64,000 nucleotides of DNA from an uncultured cyanobacterium (GTDB lineage: Bacteria > Cyanobacteriota > Cyanobacteriia > Cyanobacteriales > Geitlerinemataceae), in the NCBI GenBank assembly GCA_937121005.1, contig CAKZKB010000529.1, positions 48,784-112,783 on the forward strand, written 5' to 3'. The position numbers were made by a program, and so were the translations under genes. The notes under the pieces are model-generated. The model did no database searches. It saw only the letters and a program-made list of their open reading frames with translations, and was not told where the DNA came from. Within the stretch, counting starts at the first letter, position 1. Each line of letters opens with the position of its first letter. Shown in pieces: positions 54,854 through 64,000 of the stretch.

Positions 54854-55864
54854 ATGACCACACTTTACGTTACCGACCAGGGCGCGTACATCAGCGTCTA
54901 TCGCTATCAATTTCAGGTGTTTTACCAGCGCCAGCTTCGGATTAAAGTCCCTGTCAACCAAGTCAGTCAAATCGTATTGTTTGGCTGTTGCAATCTCTCT
55001 CACGGAGCCGTCAAACTCTCCTTGAGTCGGCGGATTCCGATTCTGTTTCTCTCCCAAACCGGACGCTATTTCGGACGGTTGAAGGAGGAAGGACGGGCCA
55101 AAGTGGATTACTTGATGCAGCAGGTGAAGTGCGCCAACGATCCGGATTTCGTCCGCCGCCAAGCGGAGGCGATCGTTGCCGCTAAGTTGCACAATTCTCG
55201 CGTGCTGTTGATGCGCTTGAACCGTCGCCGCTCCGATCGGAATCTGCTGGTTGAGAAGGGGATTGACGAAATTGCCGATTTGATTGTGCGTCTGCCCGCC
55301 GCCGATTCCCTTGATGCACTACGGGGCTACGAAGGTCATGGGGCAACCCTGTATTTCCAAGCGTTAGGGTCTCTGTTTGTAGGGGAATTCGCCTTTGAAA
55401 AACGCAGCAAGCGACCGCCCACCGATCCGGTTAACAGTTTGCTCAGTTTGGGTTATACTTTCTTAAGTCAGAACGTTTTTTCCTTCGTTCTCATGTTGGG
55501 ATTGCATCCCCATTTTGGCAACCTGCACGTCCCTCGGGATAATCATCCGGCCCTGGTTTCGGATCTGATGGAGGAGTTTCGCGCTCAGTTAGTCGATTCG
55601 TTGGTGTCTTATCTCATCAACAAGAAAATCTTCGAGCCGAGTGACTTTACTCCCCCGGACGATCGTGACGGCGTGTATCTCCATCCCCACTCGCTTAAAA
55701 AGTTTGTTAAGCATTGGGAGGATAAGTTGCAGCAGTCCATCGTTCACCCCCATACTAACGTCCGTGTCCCCTTGCGGCGCTGTATTGAGTTGCAAGTGCG
55801 CGAGTATCTGGCCGCTTTGATGGGAGAGGTGGAGGTCTACCGTCCCATGACCTGGAAATGGTAA
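54854..55864 (+). CDS. cas1: Cas1 (adaptation module B, RT-associated); the frame is open 88 codons upstream, to 54590
   Basis: MTTLYVTDQGAYISV..., LRGYEGHGATLYFQAL, NSLLSLGYTFL and HVPRDNHPALVSDLMEEFRAQLVDSLV are present. It is followed directly by the array 3 leader. Confidence 0.9.
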   Translation: MTTLYVTDQGAYISVYRYQFQVFYQRQLRIKVPVNQVSQIVLFGCCNLSHGAVKLSLSRRIPILFLSQTGRYFGRLKEEGRAKVDYLMQQVKCANDPDFVRRQAEAIVAAKLHNSRVLLMRLNRRRSDRNLLVEKGIDEIADLIVRLPAADSLDALRGYEGHGATLYFQALGSLFVGEFAFEKRSKRPPTDPVNSLLSLGYTFLSQNVFSFVLMLGLHPHFGNLHVPRDNHPALVSDLMEEFRAQLVDSLVSYLINKKIFEPSDFTPPDDRDGVYLHPHSLKKFVKHWEDKLQQSIVHPHTNVRVPLRRCIELQVREYLAALMGEVEVYRPMTWKW

Positions 55865-56017
55865 CATTTGATACGATTGGAGGGATAGCACCAATGGCTG
55901 AAACCTGCATTCTGTCGTTGTATCCCTCCAATCGCTTTCCTGGCCTGTATTTGAGGTCGATCCAATGAGTGCTTATTGCGAAAAACTTCTAGTTATTTGC
56001 CCCGAATTTGACATCCC

Positions 56018-56048
56018 TCCAATTGGGGGGTGTATAATGCACTTAGGG
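56018..56048 (+). promoter_or_regulatory. Candidate promoter of CRISPR array 3
   Basis: The -35 is TTGACA (56018-56023) and the -10 is TATAAT (56043-56048). The -10 ends 21 nt upstream of the first repeat and is conserved in the array 1 leader. Confidence 0.5.
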
Positions 56049-56069
56049 ACAGGGTTCTACAAGCCCTCT

Positions 56070-56977
56070 CTTCCGGCTTCACCCGAAGCTGAACTAATGG
56101 AAACTGGAGTTATCCATCCGTTTATTTCGCTGGTCCTGTTCTTCCGGCTTCACCCGAAGCTGAACTAATGGAAACCCGCAGCTGTCTGGTCGCCTGTGGC
56201 AACAGTTGCCGCCTTCCGGCTTCACCCGAAGCTGAACTAATGGAAACCGGCGGTAGTTCGGTACCGCCTGCCCCCCCGTAGTTGGAGCTTCCGGCTTCAC
56301 CCGAAGCTGAACTAATGGAAACGGTCTCCCAAATGCCAGGAGCCCCGTTCGTTTAACCTTCCGGCTTCACCCGAAGCTGAACTAATGGAAACTAGCTAGC
56401 GTTTTTTGTTTTCCTTAGCCTGTTTAAGGCTTCCGGCTTCACCCGAAGCTGAACTAATGGAAACATCTGTTGCTGGTTGCTTGGCGGCGGTACCGGAGTA
56501 CCGACTGCTTCCGGCTTCACCCGAAGCTGAACTAATGGAAACGATGATGCCCTGAACGCCGCCGATTTTCTTTAGATGGGCTTCCGGCTTCACCCGAAGC
56601 TGAACTAATGGAAACTCTGGTGGTTCCACCACACACGTTCCGCACTTCATACATCTTCCGGCTTCACCCGAAGCTGAACTAATGGAAACTCGCGAACTAG
56701 ATTACGTAATGGCGGTTGTGGTTGTTGCTTCCGGCTTCACCCGAAGCTGAACTAATGGAAACTGTCGTCGTCGTAGCTAACAGTGCCTTCCAATTACGGC
56801 TTCCGGCTTCACCCGAAGCTGAACTAATGGAAACCTGAGATATCGTAGATACACGACCCTCAGATATAAAAACTTCCGGCTTCACCCGAAGCTGAACTAA
56901 TGGAAACGAGGGATATTGAAAATTCCGACACCAAGAAAGATGCTTCCGGCTTCACGCGAACCTCTATTATTGGCCTC
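56070..56977 (+). CRISPR. CRISPR array 3: 12 intact 35-nt repeats plus a degenerate terminal repeat; 12 spacers of 35-43 nt
   Basis: The repeat is CTTCCGGCTTCACCCGAAGCTGAACTAATGGAAAC, the reverse complement of the array 1 repeat. Repeats start at 56070, 56141, 56213, 56288, 56358, 56430, 56508, 56581, 56655, 56728, 56800 and 56873. A degenerate copy lies at 56943. Confidence 0.95.
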
Positions 56978-57135
56978 TATTATTGGGACGGGTTGAGCGC
57001 CATCGGCAGTCCTTGGTGAAACAATACCCCCTCATCTATTTGTAAAGAAATGTTACAGATTCCCTCCATATCCGTAAAAAGAGCGATCGCCCGCAGATAG
57101 AAGGGTAAAGCACAGAATGAAGGGTCGCTGCTGTT

Positions 57136-60100
57136 ATGGTCTGGTCGAGTTTTGGTAGTTGGTTCAAACCGTCACCCCGGAAGACGGAACCCATGCAATG
57201 GGTGGAAGGAACGTTCGTTCTCGAGCCGATCCTCACCCCGAGCGGGATCGTCGATGCAGAAGACGGTTCGGACGACATCGAGATTCCCCCGTCGCCATCA
57301 GGAGACGATGGGGACAGTGGTTCGCCGCCGGATATGGAAGATGGCGACACCGAAACCGACACTGGGGATAACGATGGGGGGAGTGACATCGGCGATCCCG
57401 ATTCTGTCGATGTTACTGAGAATACAGCCGACGATATCGACGATGGCGACATCGGCGATGAAATTAGTTTTGTCAATGAAAACGACCCAGACACCGAAAC
57501 CGATGGCGATCGAGAAGACAGCAGCGACGCGATCGCCCTAGAAGAGAACCAAGCTGAGAAGACGATCGCCGCTAACCCAGAAGGGGAAGACAACACCAGT
57601 GAAGACGCTGGCGATGTTGACAGCACGGATAACAAAGAACTTGAAGCTGCGACAGAAGAGGATACAGGCGACAGTAACGACAATACTGCCGAGACTGAAA
57701 ACGACGGCACAGAAGATTCAACCGAAGACACCGAAAACCAATCTACAGACGACAGCAGTGAAGATGCCGTCGATGCAGACGAGTCTGAAGAGTCTACTGG
57801 CGATGCCAACGACTCGGCAGATGACAGTAGCGAAAATACTGTCGAAGCCGAGAACGTAGAGGAATCGGACGATCGCCCCGAAGAGCCTACAGGGGAAAAT
57901 AGCCAGGAAACTGAAGAGACATCTACAGACGACGGTAGCCAAGATGCTGTCGATGCTGATAAGTCTGAAGTCTCCACTGGCGATGCTGATGACTCCACAG
58001 ATGACGGTCAAGTGACGACCTTAACTAACGATGATTCTACAGATGACAGTGAATCGGAAGAAGATGGGGAAGAAATTGTCGATGAAGAAGAGAACGACGA
58101 TTCTGAAGAGGAGGAAGAAGACGACGAAACCACCGACAAATTCGAGCTTCCCAACTTCGACTCTGGCGTATTTACCGTTGGCGAAACAGGAGAAGTCAAC
58201 ATTGACTTCTTGTACGATGGTGGTGCGTATCTCAGCGAACTGGGAATCTTCAGCTTGAGTGGTTTAGAAGACTTAGACTTTGGCAAATTTGAAGATTTTG
58301 TTGCCGAAGCCGCTGCTCGTGCCAGTAGCAATTCCGAACTCGGTCACGTTGTGATTTCCGATGCCAATGAAGGGGCAAGGTTTAGTAGTTCTGAGGGATC
58401 GGGAGCCTATCAGGGCGTAAAAACGGTGAATATGACACCGGGCGATCGCGTGGGCTTTTTCATCGTCCCCAACAGCACCGTCAGTAAAGTGGTGGAAAAT
58501 CCCAGTGCGGAAGGGGCTTCTCGCCCTCTGTTTTCCATGTCCACAGCTAACCCGGACGACGAGTTTCACTTCGGTCAATTAGCCGATGCAACGGGTGATG
58601 GTAGCACGTTTGTGATTGAAGATGTGCGTACTGATGGCAACAGCGATCGCGACTATAACGACATTGTTTTCCAAGTTCGCGGGGCAACTGGAAATGCCGT
58701 CCATGTCAGCGAAGTTATCAAAGAAGGGAAAAATTGGCAAGATAGCGATGTCGGGCAAGCGATCTCTGCCTATAGCGAGCCGTATGTGACCCCAGATCCC
58801 GCAGATACCCCCGACACTACGGATACGTCTGGCGATGGCGAAATCGATACCGAAAATGGCGATGACGTAACGGAAGACAATTCCGATACGGAAGTCACCG
58901 ACACCGATAATGGCGGTCAAACCTACAATAATTCAGGTGCGAACGTTGGCGAAATCAACTTCCCAGACGAATCGACAAACAATGCTGATTTGGGTGAGAA
59001 AACCGGGTCTGGAGATACCGCGATCGACTCCGAAAATACAGACAATTCAACCGATTCTGTTAACAAAGACATCGAGGATTTAGATCTAGTAGATGGCCTA
59101 GAAGAAGAATCGGAAGAGATTGCCGATGCCACAACTGAAGAGGTTGAAGCGGGCGCGATCGCTGAGGGAGAAGGTACAACCGATTCAACCAATGAAACCG
59201 ATCGCGGTGAAACTTCAGTTACCGAGACAGCAGTAGAAGATTCGCCGAGCGAGCGGGAAACTTACACCTTCTCCTTGCCTAAATTTGAATTTCCCGAAGC
59301 CGACCAACCCGAAGTGATTGTCATTGATGAGGTTGGCGATAGTGGAGAAGCGACGGGTACGGATGTTTCCGATCCTGCGGACATCAATGAGGAAGCCATC
59401 TCTGAAATTGTTGAAGAAACCAACTCCAAAGCACAGTTAAAAGTTGAAACAGCAAGCGATGACAATTGGGCAGAAGTGCTCGTGCAAACCGTCGATCGCG
59501 TCCGAGAATCGGCTCGACCGAATGCTGTTGTTTCTCTCAACTTAGACCTCACCGAACTCGATCTCGACGGCAATGTTGTCTCGCGAGAACTGACCCCCAT
59601 CGAACGAGCCGCGATCGCCTACGCCCGAGATCGCGAAATCCTTTTGGTGGTTCCCTCTGGAGATACTGCTAGCGAAATGTCGGCACTCGGCGAGCTATCT
59701 GAAGAATTTGACAACGTAATTACTGTTGGTGCAGCCGAACGGGTTAACGATGCCACTTCAGCCTGGAAAGCCTACGAACCGGCTGAGAATTCTGGCACGG
59801 GTGAAACTCTAGATCTGGTTGCCGATGGCAGTTATGAAGGAACAGTTAGCACCGCGATCGCGAGCACGAAAGTCACCGCAGCCATTTCGCAAGTTTGGGC
59901 TGCCAATCCCGAACTCAACTACACCCAAGTTATCGATATTCTCCAACGGACGGCAACAGATTTAGATCGACCCAATTGGGATTCGTCAACGGGATCGGGC
60001 TTGTTAAACTTGGCTGCTGCCGTTCATTTAGCTAAAGCCACCGAACCGAAACCTTATACGGTTAAACCCGGTACGGCCACCATTACCGATAACTTTATTT

Positions 60101-63100
60101 CCAGCAATCCGGCGGGCAAATCTTTACCGGGAGATCCCACCCATCCGGCTGTAGAACCACCGGGAATCCCACAGACGAATATCGATACTGGGGCGAACGC
60201 TTTGGGTGTGGCGACGCAGTTATTACCGTCGGCAACTCAAGATGTGATGGATCAAGTCAGTGCCATCGATCCCACCGATATTTTCAAAGTCGATCGCCGC
60301 TACATTGAGGGTGCGGAGTTAGCGGTTCTTTCGGGCGAGCTATCGGTGAGCTATCTCACACCTTCCGGTCAAGTTCTGGGAACCCAAGTTTTAACTCGCG
60401 GCAGCCATCACTTACAACCGCCTGCTAATGCTCCAGAAGAGGTCATTGTCAAGATCGATCGTCGCGGTCAAAATCCAGCAACCTACACCCTGTACGGCTT
60501 TGAAACCACCGCTAGCGAACCGTTCGATATTAACCTGGAGTTCGACAGTTCTTTCACGGCTTCCCAACAACAGATCGCCCGAGCCGCAGCGAAAAGCGTG
60601 GCGGGGTTGATTGGAAAAGGCTTGCCCACTGCCATTGTTGACGGCAAAATTATTGACGATCTCAACATCAAGCTGTCTGCGGCTAATGTCGATGGTGCGG
60701 GTGGCACTCAAGCCCGAACCAAGATCGATTTCATGCGCTACGGCTCCCTACTTCCGGCGCAATCGTTGGTACAATTCGATGCGGTCGATCTGGCTCAATT
60801 GGAGCAGTCGGGACAACTGTTTAATGTCGTCCAACACGAGTTTTTACACGCCCTCGGTTTTGGCAACCTGTGGGAAGCGAAGGGTTTAGTCGATTATCCA
60901 AATACGTCTTTGGCTCGTTACAACGGTAAGAAAGCGGTGAGTGCTTTCCAAGAAGCAGGGGGACTCACCGAGACGATCGCCCTAGAAAATGAGGGGGATG
61001 GGTCTGCGGGCTTGCACTGGAACGAGAATCTGTTCGGTGACGAGTTGATGTCGCCGGATCTCAACCTGGGTAGCGCAACGGGCGATGAGGCTCCTATTAG
61101 CGAAGTGACGATCGCTTCGTTAGCCGATCTCGGTTACGAGGTGAACCTGGAAGCAGCAACGGCGGGTTACGAACTCAACGGCGGTGTTACTTCCTTCGAT
61201 GCCGAGTCCTTGTCTGAAGAGGATATCGAAGCCCTGCGCGAGTTCTTTGAGACTTCATATCAAGATGAGGATGCCCAGTATATCGCTCCCATCATGCCGG
61301 AGGTGAACCCGGACAAGGTTGCACCGGAAATTTGGGCCCATGCCGAGCGCTTTTGGAAAAATGGCGAGTATTACACCTGGCAAAACTATCGTATTCGCTC
61401 TGGCGATACCCTCAGCCATCTTGCCTTGCGCTATCTAGGCAATGCTGGATACGACTACTTCAAATGGATTGGAGACCATAACGGAGTTGCCAACTACGAT
61501 TACATTGTTGCGGGTGAAACGATTCAAGTTCCCATTCACGAACCCGACTACGAACGCCGTCAAGAAGAAGAACGCCGTCGTCGCGAAGAGGAGTTGCGAC
61601 GCAAACAGGAGGAAGAAGAACGCCGTCGCCGGGAAGAGGAAGAACGGTTAGAACGGGACAAAGCCGAACAGGAACGGAAAGCTCGCGAAGAGGAGGAACG
61701 CCGTAAGGAAGCCGAACGCAAACAGCGCGAACTCGAAGAACAGGAACGCCGACTGCGCGAAGAACAAGAACGTCGCCGTCAGGAGGAGGAACGGCGCAAA
61801 GAAGAAGAACGGCTGCGGGAGTTGGAACGCCAGCGCGAAATTGCGCGGCAAAAAGGCAAAGGAGGTCAAGATTGGTTCTTTGCCACGCCGCTACCGGAAT
61901 TCGGGCCGGTGGATCCGTTTGAAACCAAGCTGACGGGAGAAACTGTTGGCAACCTCGTCCCCGACGATTACTATCGGTTCACGCTGTCGCGCAAGGGACG
62001 CATCGACGCTCGGTTGATGAATTTGCTGGCAGATGCGGACTTGGTGCTATATGACGTTCGCAATCGTCCCATTTCCTACTCCATGCGAGAAGGGATTACG
62101 GACGAACAGATTCTAGTCGATTTGATTCCAGGGACGTATCTGCTGCGCGTCAATAGTCCTAAAGGGGTGACGACGGATTACGATTTGATTGTTAAGTTCA
62201 AACATTTGCTATCGCGAACCGAACAAGGCCCGCCTCCGGGTTGGCGCGTGGATGATGGCAATAATGGAGGCGGTGGCGTTTCCGGGCCGGTGTTTAGCGA
62301 TCCGCGCATTGAAAGCATTTATCAGAAGGCGCTGAACGATTTCAAGGCCAAAGAGCGGGCGATCGCGAATGCGCGTATTCGCGAGTTAGAAGCTGAGAAA
62401 CGTCGCCACGAGAAGGATCTTCAGAAGTTGCTCGACCAAATGAATTCCGAGCAACGGGCTAAAATTCATAATGCCCTAGATGGCGCTCGCCATGCCGGGG
62501 AAAAATGGGTTGAAGGCATTGCAAACCCCATTAAGAGCCAGGTCGATCGCTTAGCTGACGACATTATCAACAAGGCTGATTCGTTCTACCATGATTGGAA
62601 TGGTAAAGCCAATAAAATCCCCGATTGGTTGCCAGGAAATTTACGCGATAAAGCAAAAGATCTACTGAGTCAAGGTCGCGATGCTGTGAAGGGAGCGGTT
62701 AATGGCGCTCGTAGCTGGCTGAAGGGCAAAATTCACCAAGTTCAAGAAAGCGTTCAATCAGCAATCTGGCATTTCTTTGAAACAATTAAAAATGCCTACA
62801 AAACGGGTGCTGAAATTAACGGCATTATTGAAAATGCCGCGCGATCGCTCAAGAGCAAGATCGATAGCGCCGTTAGTGGTGCAAACGATTTCATTGGTCA
62901 GTTCAAAGGAAAAGTGTTGTCGGTGGTCGATTGGACAAAAAGTCTCGGTATCAATATCGATAAGTTGGGGTTTAAGCTCAAGTTTAATGTCTACGACAAC
63001 ATCATCAAACCTGCGGTGGATAATGTTGCAGGTGGTTTCCAATCCGCGATCGGTGGCATTGGCAACCAAATGAAAGGTGCTGTGGATTGGCTGAAACCTC

Positions 63101-63948
63101 GGGCGCAAAAGGCGGTCGAACATATTGTCGATGCGATCTTTGGAGATAAGACGGCTGCCCTGTACAATAAAATTCATGGTGTTGATGCTCAAATTGCAGC
63201 AACGCAGAGCGAGCTAGAGCGCAACATTATCCAGAAAGCGTCTGAGTTAAAGAATCAGATGCAAAATTTGCTTAGCAAGTTAGGTACTGAAGGCAAGAAA
63301 ATCCTCGACTTCCTTTTAGATTTTGATAGCACTGCTTCTGGTCAAACTCTTGAAGGTCAAGTTGGAATGGCTATGTTAGAGGTAGGTCTTGGTTTGATTC
63401 CTGGAGTAGACCAAGCCTTAGATATCAAGGACTTGATAGCTCCCATCTACAAAATATTTGCTAAGCAAGCTCTGAATGATGGAGATTCTAGCAATGACTT
63501 AGAAGTAGTGGTTGAATTAATTGCGGGTTTAGCTGGATTTATTCCATTCATCGGCAATCTCATACGATCTGTCATGAAGAAAGTCCTGAAGCTCCCCGTA
63601 GATAAATTGGTGAAGATATTCGGTTCAGACACAATGGTTAAAGTTTCCAAGGAGTTGAGCGATCGTCAATGGTCTGCCATTCTAATTGATACTTTAACCA
63701 AAGTTCTCAAGATTGTTAAGAAATTTAATAGTACCATTGATGATGCAGCAGGCTGGATAATTGATTTGATGCCAGGACTTAAACCACTCGCAACACAAGC
63801 TGATAAAGCTATATCTCAAATGATTGATGAAGCTCCCAAGCTTGGCAAGAAAATTGATGATGCAGTTTTGATGCTTCCATCTCCTGAAGAAATCTTGGCA
63901 CTACCCGCACCTGACAATCGTCCTCTTTTGCCTGCACCAGCACCGTAA
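57136..63948 (+). CDS. Giant multidomain protein (2270 aa): acidic low-complexity regions, DUF4114, His-less subtilase-like domain, leishmanolysin-like (M8) HExxH peptidase, LysM, E/R/K charged helix, PPC domain, helical C-terminal region
   Basis: DUF4114 is supported by DRDYNDIVFQVRG. The S8-like region has VIVIDEVGD...VITVGAAE...GTVSTAIAS...GSGLLNLAAAV. The M8 domain has VVQHEFLHALGFG...GSAGLHWNENLFGDELMSP. LysM is YRIRSGDTLSHLALRYLG...GETIQVP. The PPC region is DDYYRFTLSRKGRIDARL...GTYLLRVNS. Confidence 0.85.
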   Translation: MVWSSFGSWFKPSPRKTEPMQWVEGTFVLEPILTPSGIVDAEDGSDDIEIPPSPSGDDGDSGSPPDMEDGDTETDTGDNDGGSDIGDPDSVDVTENTADDIDDGDIGDEISFVNENDPDTETDGDREDSSDAIALEENQAEKTIAANPEGEDNTSEDAGDVDSTDNKELEAATEEDTGDSNDNTAETENDGTEDSTEDTENQSTDDSSEDAVDADESEESTGDANDSADDSSENTVEAENVEESDDRPEEPTGENSQETEETSTDDGSQDAVDADKSEVSTGDADDSTDDGQVTTLTNDDSTDDSESEEDGEEIVDEEENDDSEEEEEDDETTDKFELPNFDSGVFTVGETGEVNIDFLYDGGAYLSELGIFSLSGLEDLDFGKFEDFVAEAAARASSNSELGHVVISDANEGARFSSSEGSGAYQGVKTVNMTPGDRVGFFIVPNSTVSKVVENPSAEGASRPLFSMSTANPDDEFHFGQLADATGDGSTFVIEDVRTDGNSDRDYNDIVFQVRGATGNAVHVSEVIKEGKNWQDSDVGQAISAYSEPYVTPDPADTPDTTDTSGDGEIDTENGDDVTEDNSDTEVTDTDNGGQTYNNSGANVGEINFPDESTNNADLGEKTGSGDTAIDSENTDNSTDSVNKDIEDLDLVDGLEEESEEIADATTEEVEAGAIAEGEGTTDSTNETDRGETSVTETAVEDSPSERETYTFSLPKFEFPEADQPEVIVIDEVGDSGEATGTDVSDPADINEEAISEIVEETNSKAQLKVETASDDNWAEVLVQTVDRVRESARPNAVVSLNLDLTELDLDGNVVSRELTPIERAAIAYARDREILLVVPSGDTASEMSALGELSEEFDNVITVGAAERVNDATSAWKAYEPAENSGTGETLDLVADGSYEGTVSTAIASTKVTAAISQVWAANPELNYTQVIDILQRTATDLDRPNWDSSTGSGLLNLAAAVHLAKATEPKPYTVKPGTATITDNFISSNPAGKSLPGDPTHPAVEPPGIPQTNIDTGANALGVATQLLPSATQDVMDQVSAIDPTDIFKVDRRYIEGAELAVLSGELSVSYLTPSGQVLGTQVLTRGSHHLQPPANAPEEVIVKIDRRGQNPATYTLYGFETTASEPFDINLEFDSSFTASQQQIARAAAKSVAGLIGKGLPTAIVDGKIIDDLNIKLSAANVDGAGGTQARTKIDFMRYGSLLPAQSLVQFDAVDLAQLEQSGQLFNVVQHEFLHALGFGNLWEAKGLVDYPNTSLARYNGKKAVSAFQEAGGLTETIALENEGDGSAGLHWNENLFGDELMSPDLNLGSATGDEAPISEVTIASLADLGYEVNLEAATAGYELNGGVTSFDAESLSEEDIEALREFFETSYQDEDAQYIAPIMPEVNPDKVAPEIWAHAERFWKNGEYYTWQNYRIRSGDTLSHLALRYLGNAGYDYFKWIGDHNGVANYDYIVAGETIQVPIHEPDYERRQEEERRRREEELRRKQEEEERRRREEEERLERDKAEQERKAREEEERRKEAERKQRELEEQERRLREEQERRRQEEERRKEEERLRELERQREIARQKGKGGQDWFFATPLPEFGPVDPFETKLTGETVGNLVPDDYYRFTLSRKGRIDARLMNLLADADLVLYDVRNRPISYSMREGITDEQILVDLIPGTYLLRVNSPKGVTTDYDLIVKFKHLLSRTEQGPPPGWRVDDGNNGGGGVSGPVFSDPRIESIYQKALNDFKAKERAIANARIRELEAEKRRHEKDLQKLLDQMNSEQRAKIHNALDGARHAGEKWVEGIANPIKSQVDRLADDIINKADSFYHDWNGKANKIPDWLPGNLRDKAKDLLSQGRDAVKGAVNGARSWLKGKIHQVQESVQSAIWHFFETIKNAYKTGAEINGIIENAARSLKSKIDSAVSGANDFIGQFKGKVLSVVDWTKSLGINIDKLGFKLKFNVYDNIIKPAVDNVAGGFQSAIGGIGNQMKGAVDWLKPRAQKAVEHIVDAIFGDKTAALYNKIHGVDAQIAATQSELERNIIQKASELKNQMQNLLSKLGTEGKKILDFLLDFDSTASGQTLEGQVGMAMLEVGLGLIPGVDQALDIKDLIAPIYKIFAKQALNDGDSSNDLEVVVELIAGLAGFIPFIGNLIRSVMKKVLKLPVDKLVKIFGSDTMVKVSKELSDRQWSAILIDTLTKVLKIVKKFNSTIDDAAGWIIDLMPGLKPLATQADKAISQMIDEAPKLGKKIDDAVLMLPSPEEILALPAPDNRPLLPAPAP

Positions 63949-64000
63949 ATAACTTAAGACAGTCATCATTCGTGATTGACGAATTGACATCTATCTCTCG

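Noticed and set aside
57036-57998. A 320-aa Ser-rich minus-strand ORF, plus several 60-130-aa ORFs at 57152-59600
   Set aside because: They are antisense or off-frame shadows of the GA-rich acidic low-complexity region of the giant plus-strand gene. They have no independent start context.

Overview
The window is a cyanobacterial chromosomal accessory region. The HIP1 palindrome GCGATCGC occurs throughout, and STRR-like heptamer repeats sit at module borders. I recognised no rRNA or tRNA genes. All family names come from reading motifs in the supplied translations; no database search was run. There are four blocks. (1) 1-3.9 kb: a partial tyrosine integrase lies convergent with a minus-strand operon encoding a coiled-coil protein, a TM protein, a 61-aa signal-peptide micro-protein, an unknown 289-aa protein and a TRAFAC-like GTPase. 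The last three genes are chained by ATGA and GTGA overlaps, and a canonical -1 slippery heptamer sits in the last overlap. (2) 4-29.6 kb: a two-partner-secretion and CHAT supercluster. It holds three FhaB-like TpsA paralogues (one broken by a frameshift in a G8 tract) and a single TpsB. It also holds a secreted TPR-CHAT protease, DUF928, a CHAT-CHASE2 membrane protein, DUF1822 plus a DUF1822 fragment, and a sigma-70-like protein. Two Uma2 nucleases and two paralogous small secreted Cys peptides are present. Between tpsA1 and tpsB lies an inverted, start-less deaminase toxin plus immunity cassette bracketed by 33-bp direct repeats. (3) 29.9-57 kb: a composite type III-B CRISPR-Cas locus. A kinase-HTH-WYL fusion and xisH/xisI sit at its border. 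The effector genes are cmr2(cas10), cmr3, cmr4, cmr5, an apparent cmr6-cmr1 fusion, and a CARF/HEPN-like ancillary gene. There are three arrays from two repeat families that share the same hairpin and 3' handle. Two of these arrays are inverted duplicates that include the leader and a cas1 3' remnant. No cas6 is present. One adaptation module is cas1-cas2; the second is a reverse transcriptase and cas1 split by an IS200/IS605 tnpA/tnpB element. An HTH-STAND-HEAT NTPase lies between the two modules. (4) 57.1-63.9 kb: a 2270-aa multidomain protein with an acidic region, DUF4114, a His-less S8 domain, a leishmanolysin-like HExxH domain, LysM, an E/R/K helix, PPC, and a helical C-terminus with PT-TG-like motifs.
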